The position numbers and the translations under genes were made by a program. A stretch of 32,000 nt of DNA from Nitrosopumilus sp. (GTDB taxonomy: Archaea; Thermoproteota; Nitrososphaeria; Nitrososphaerales; Nitrosopumilaceae). The notes below the pieces were generated by a model. That model made no database searches. It was not told the DNA's origin and saw nothing but the letters and a program-made list of their open reading frames with translations. The stretch lies in assembly GCA_965224195.1 (NCBI GenBank), contig OZ245040.1:287312-319311 (forward strand), written 5' to 3'. Numbering within the stretch: the first letter of the stretch is position 1; each line of letters begins with the position of its first letter. This document shows, piece by piece, positions 28,376 through 32,000 of the stretch.

Positions 28376-29899
28376 ATGGATAAAATTGTAGTTTTAGATT
28401 TTGGTTCTCAGTATAGCCATTTGATTTGTAGAAGAATTAGAGAATTTTCAGTTTATGCAGAACTTGTTCCATATGATATTAGTTATGAAGAATTACAAAA
28501 ACTAAATCCTACAGGAATAATTTTTTCTGGTGGTCCATCAAGTGTGTATAGTTTAGATGCTCCAATGCCAGAAAATAAAATTTTTGATATGAATTTGCCA
28601 CTACTTGGAATTTGTTATGGACATCAATTGATTGTAAATAAATTTGGAGGAAAAGTAAAAAGAGCAAACAAAGAATACGGTTCATCATTACTAACAATTG
28701 ATAGTGATAAAGATCTTCTAAACGGAGTTGGGGAATCGGTAAGAGCATGGATGAGTCATGGTGATGAAGCAGAGCAAATTCCTGAAGGCTTCAAAGTAAT
28801 TGGGCATACTGAAGGTGCAAAAGCAGCTGCAATTGCATTTGAAGAAAAATCAATTTATGGTATTCAATTTCATCCAGAAGTAGTACATACTGAGCAAGGT
28901 ACAGAGATTTTAAAAAATTTTGTTTTGAAGGTTTGTGATGCAAAACAAGACTGGACCATGGAGGGTTTTATCGATACAGCAGTTGAAAAAATTTCAAAAA
29001 TTGAAGGAAATGTACTATGTGGGGTAAGTGGTGGAATAGACTCCACAGTAGTGGCACTGCTAATTCACAAAGCAATTGGAGATAAGCTAAAATGTGTTTT
29101 TGTAAATAATGGCTTGTTACGAGTAAATGAAGAAAAAGAAGTTGAGGAAATGTTTAAAGATAATTTCAAAGTAAATTTCACATCAGTAAATGCAGCAGAA
29201 ATATTTCTTGAAAAATTAAAGGGAACAGAAGATCCCGAGAAAAAAAGAAAAATTGTTGGAGAAGAATTTGTTAGAGTTTTTACAGAATTTGCTGAAGGGA
29301 ATGGACCTTTCAAATGGTTAGCTCAAGGTACATTATATCCAGATGTAATTGAGAGTGGGGTATCAAAAGGACCGGCAGCAGTAATCAAATCTCATCATAA
29401 TGTAGGAGGTCTACCTGATTGGCTGAATTTAGAAATTTTAGAACCGTTAAGAGAATTGTATAAAGACGAAGTAAGAAAAATTGCTAAAATTCTTGAAGTT
29501 CCTGAAAAACTTTTCATGAGACATCCATTCCCAGGTCCCGGACTATCAGTTAGAATAATCGGAGAAGTAACTCCAACAAAGCTTGAGATTTGTAAAGTTG
29601 CAAGTAAGATTGTAGAAGAAGAGTTGATGGATGCAGGATTGTATGAAAAAGTATGGCAAGCATATGCAGCAGTTGGCGATGATAGAGCAGTGGGAGTTGT
29701 TGGTGATGAACGCAGATATGGAAATATAGTCATGATCAGAGTTGTAGATTCAGTTGATGCAATGACTGCAGATTGGACAAGATTACCACATGGATTATTA
29801 GAAAAGATGAGTAATAGAATAACTAACGAAATTGAAGATGTAACTTGGGTCACCTATACCATTTCAAGTAAACCACCAGCAACCATTGAACCTCAATAG
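28376..29899 (+). CDS. guaA: GMP synthase (glutamine-hydrolysing)
   Basis: LLGICYGHQLIVNKFGG; GIQFHPEVVHTE; LCGVSGGIDSTVVALLIHKAIG; RHPFPGPGLSVRI; DWTRLPHGLLEKMSNRI. Confidence 0.97.
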   Translation: MDKIVVLDFGSQYSHLICRRIREFSVYAELVPYDISYEELQKLNPTGIIFSGGPSSVYSLDAPMPENKIFDMNLPLLGICYGHQLIVNKFGGKVKRANKEYGSSLLTIDSDKDLLNGVGESVRAWMSHGDEAEQIPEGFKVIGHTEGAKAAAIAFEEKSIYGIQFHPEVVHTEQGTEILKNFVLKVCDAKQDWTMEGFIDTAVEKISKIEGNVLCGVSGGIDSTVVALLIHKAIGDKLKCVFVNNGLLRVNEEKEVEEMFKDNFKVNFTSVNAAEIFLEKLKGTEDPEKKRKIVGEEFVRVFTEFAEGNGPFKWLAQGTLYPDVIESGVSKGPAAVIKSHHNVGGLPDWLNLEILEPLRELYKDEVRKIAKILEVPEKLFMRHPFPGPGLSVRIIGEVTPTKLEICKVASKIVEEELMDAGLYEKVWQAYAAVGDDRAVGVVGDERRYGNIVMIRVVDSVDAMTADWTRLPHGLLEKMSNRITNEIEDVTWVTYTISSKPPATIEPQ

Positions 29900-29914
29900 T
29901 GATTGTAATGTAAT

Positions 29915-30264
29915 ATGAAAAAATCTGTGATGAAATTTTAGAATGTGATAACGATATTCGATATGTTGGAGTATATGATTATGGAGATCTTTATGATAAA
30001 ATGAAACCTGGACTAAAAAGTCATTTATCAAGGGAAGAAACTGAAATGTCATTATCTCAAGCAGTGTATCGTTGGTCTACACGTAAGAAAACTGCAGATA
30101 AAATTGGAAAACCAATTTATGCACTAGCAAAATATGAAAAAATTTATCGGGTGACAATTCCAATTGGTAGTGCAGGATTAATTTTGATTAGTATTGAATT
30201 AAATGCAGATGTAAATATGATTGTAGAAAAATTTTTAACAATTAAAAACAAATATTCTTCCTAA
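29915..30264 (+). CDS. Conserved hypothetical protein; N-terminus apparently frameshifted (track ORF starts at 30001)
   Basis: The frame of ORF 30001-30264 is open upstream and reads EKICDEILECDNDIRYVGVYDYGDLYDKMKPGLKSHL. The nearest ATG (29915) is one frame off across a run of six A. Confidence 0.6.
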
Positions 30265-30267
30265 TTT

Positions 30268-30537
30268 GTGATTGATATGGATTTTCATGTTTTTGACTCA
30301 TATGTAAAAGCAAAAGATGGACATACAATGCATTTTGATGTTGTTACAGATACAAGTAATTTAGAAAAGGCAATTTCCTATGCAAAAGATTGGCTAAAAT
30401 CTATCGGTGAAGAATCATCAACAATTACTGCAAATGAATGTAAATTTTGTCATACTCAATCAGTACCAGAAGATATGGAGATTGAAATAATGATTATTGG
30501 ATATTCTATTTCAAAGATGGAAGGATGTCCGAATTAA
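30268..30537 (+). CDS. DUF2024-like small protein
   Basis: HVFDSYVKAKDGHTMHFDVVTD; ECKFCHTQSVP; IIGYSISKMEGC. Confidence 0.75.
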   Translation: MIDMDFHVFDSYVKAKDGHTMHFDVVTDTSNLEKAISYAKDWLKSIGEESSTITANECKFCHTQSVPEDMEIEIMIIGYSISKMEGCPN

Positions 30538-31157
30538 TCTACATCAAGAATTTCTTCTGAAATTAAATATTCTATTGCAGATAACAGATCATTTTCTGAA
30601 ATTGTTTCGTCTGCATACCATATAAATATGTCATGTACCCATGCAGGGATTTTAGATTGTTCTAAAGTTTCAGTTTCTAATGATTCAACTTCAGTTTCTT
30701 CAGATGGTTCTAATTCCTCAATATCCTGAGTAACAATTACAGGTTTACTAGATTGAATTAAAGAAAATGTTGAAACTGCTTCAGATGGACCAGACACAAA
30801 ATAAATTCTCATTACATAATCACCAACAATGTTTGTTTCAACATCACCAGGTTCTAGATAATGTAAAATCTGAACTTCAAACAAGTTATCCTCTATAACT
30901 TTAGGAAAAATTTCAGTAGTTTTAATAATTTCTCCATCACTTAATCTAGATATTTCCATAAAGTGTTAACCGTGTTGTGGATCATAATTTTGAATTTGGA
31001 TGTGTGCTCGAATCATTTGTGGATTTTTATCAAGATCAATAGTATCTCCTGTAGTGAATTCTATAGTAATAACAGGTAGTTCTTCTAATCCATAAATAGA
31101 ATTTACTTGAAATAGCATAACAATTGAGAAAAGTCCAAGTATTATTTTTGAAATCAA
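30534..31157 (-). pseudogene. Secreted thaumarchaeal protein interrupted by an in-frame TAA (track ORFs 30966-31157 and 30534-30959)
   Basis: Both ORFs share one frame: signal peptide ...RAHIQIQNYDPQHG * HFMEISRLSDGEIIKTTEIF...IPAWVHDIFIWYADETISENDLLSAIEYLISEEIL. Confidence 0.7.
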
Positions 31158-31240
31158 TTTTTATCTGAAATTAATTAAATTAGATTGGTTATATCTTTAC
31201 TAGACGATTTTTTTGACAAATAAATTCCATTTTGGAAATA

Positions 31241-32000
31241 TTAGTTAAGCATACATGCCCCAAAAACACCTGCTGAATCACCTAATTTATTTTTCAAAAT
31301 AGGTGTATCAACCAAGTCAGAAAATATTTTATCATAAACAGATTTTTTTCCTTCAGTATACAAAAAATCAATGTTTGACAAACCACCACCTAAAACAATC
31401 GCGTCAGGATCTAAAATATCAATAACATTTGCAAGACCATATCCAAAATTTTCTAAGAATTCATTTTTCCATTTTTGCCAATTATCATTATCTATACTAG
31501 TAAGAATTTCAGGAAGAGATTGGGATTTTCCTGTCAATTTAGTCCAGTAATTTTCCAATGAAGGACCGCTAATGTATGTCTCCACGCACCCAGTTTTTCC
31601 ACAATAACACAAATTTCCATTTCGATGTAATGTATGATGACCCCACTCACCTCCAATGTTTGTTCTTCCCGGATAGAGTTTTTTATTAATCACTATTCCA
31701 CCGCTAACACCAGTTCCTAGTATTACACCAAAAACTAAATTAAAATCCATAGCAGTACCCAATGTTGCTTCAGCCAATGCAAAACAATTAGCATCGTTTT
31801 CCATAGAAATTTTTTTATCGAGTTTATTTTCTAAATCTTCTTTTAGTGATTTACCAATCAAACATTGAGTATTACTATTTTTAATTAATCCAGTTTGTTT
31901 AGAAATTGCACCAGGAGTACAAATTCCTAATGAATAATCAGAAATATTTTCAGATATTTCTATCACTAAAGATGAGATAGAGTCTAAAATCTTTTGATAA
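31241..32000 (-). CDS. ROK-family sugar kinase, 5' end beyond the window
   Basis: MENDANCFALAEA; GVILGTGVSGGIVINKKLYPGRTNIGGEWGHHTL; CYCGKTGCVETYISG; PDAIVLGGGLSN. Frame stays open upstream of the GTG at 31966 (YQKILDSISSLV...) to the window edge. Confidence 0.9.
   Translation of the reverse strand, partial: YQKILDSISSLVIEISENISDYSLGICTPGAISKQTGLIKNSNTQCLIGKSLKEDLENKLDKKISMENDANCFALAEATLGTAMDFNLVFGVILGTGVSGGIVINKKLYPGRTNIGGEWGHHTLHRNGNLCYCGKTGCVETYISGPSLENYWTKLTGKSQSLPEILTSIDNDNWQKWKNEFLENFGYGLANVIDILDPDAIVLGGGLSNIDFLYTEGKKSVYDKIFSDLVDTPILKNKLGDSAGVFGACMLN

Noticed and set aside
28376-29899. Anomaly in guaA organisation (single polypeptide rather than split GATase/PPase subunits)
   Set aside because: Many archaea have split subunits but the fused form is common elsewhere and I cannot establish that it is unusual for this lineage.

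Overview
The window is a gene-dense, AT-rich archaeal segment, most likely ammonia-oxidizing Thaumarchaeota (Nitrosopumilus/Nitrosarchaeum-like). I infer this from the S-layer-type protein, TiaS, Csl4, MptE, Dph2 and a class II HMG-CoA reductase. From ~3.8 kb onward it is mostly core metabolism: a MoaD-E1 fusion next to threonine synthase; a compact minus-strand histidine cluster hisG-hisD-hisC-HAD-hisB-hisH-hisA-hisF-hisI downstream of a sugar-dehydrogenase-like gene and hmgA; initiator tRNA-Met; tiaS; dph2; csl4; pheA; guaB; a DHPS/mptE pair; guaA; and a ROK kinase. The first ~3.7 kb is accessory. It holds an atypical tRNA-Leu-like gene and two near-identical, 5'-truncated IS5/DDE_Tnp_4-type transposase fragments in inverted orientation around ~0.8 kb. 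That spacer contains two small ORFs missing from the supplied track (one ribbon-helix-helix-like). One element boundary truncates a frameshifted S-layer gene. Hand translation also suggests three further broken reading frames: a 1-nt frameshift at the 3' end of the 6601 gene, a missing A at the start of the gene before 30001, and an in-frame TAA splitting one gene at ~30966. I see no CRISPR array, no defence island and no clearly novel multi-gene system. The best leads are the inverted transposase structure, the interrupted genes, the HAD phosphatase in the his cluster, the MoaD-E1 fusion and the CMAH-like MBL protein.
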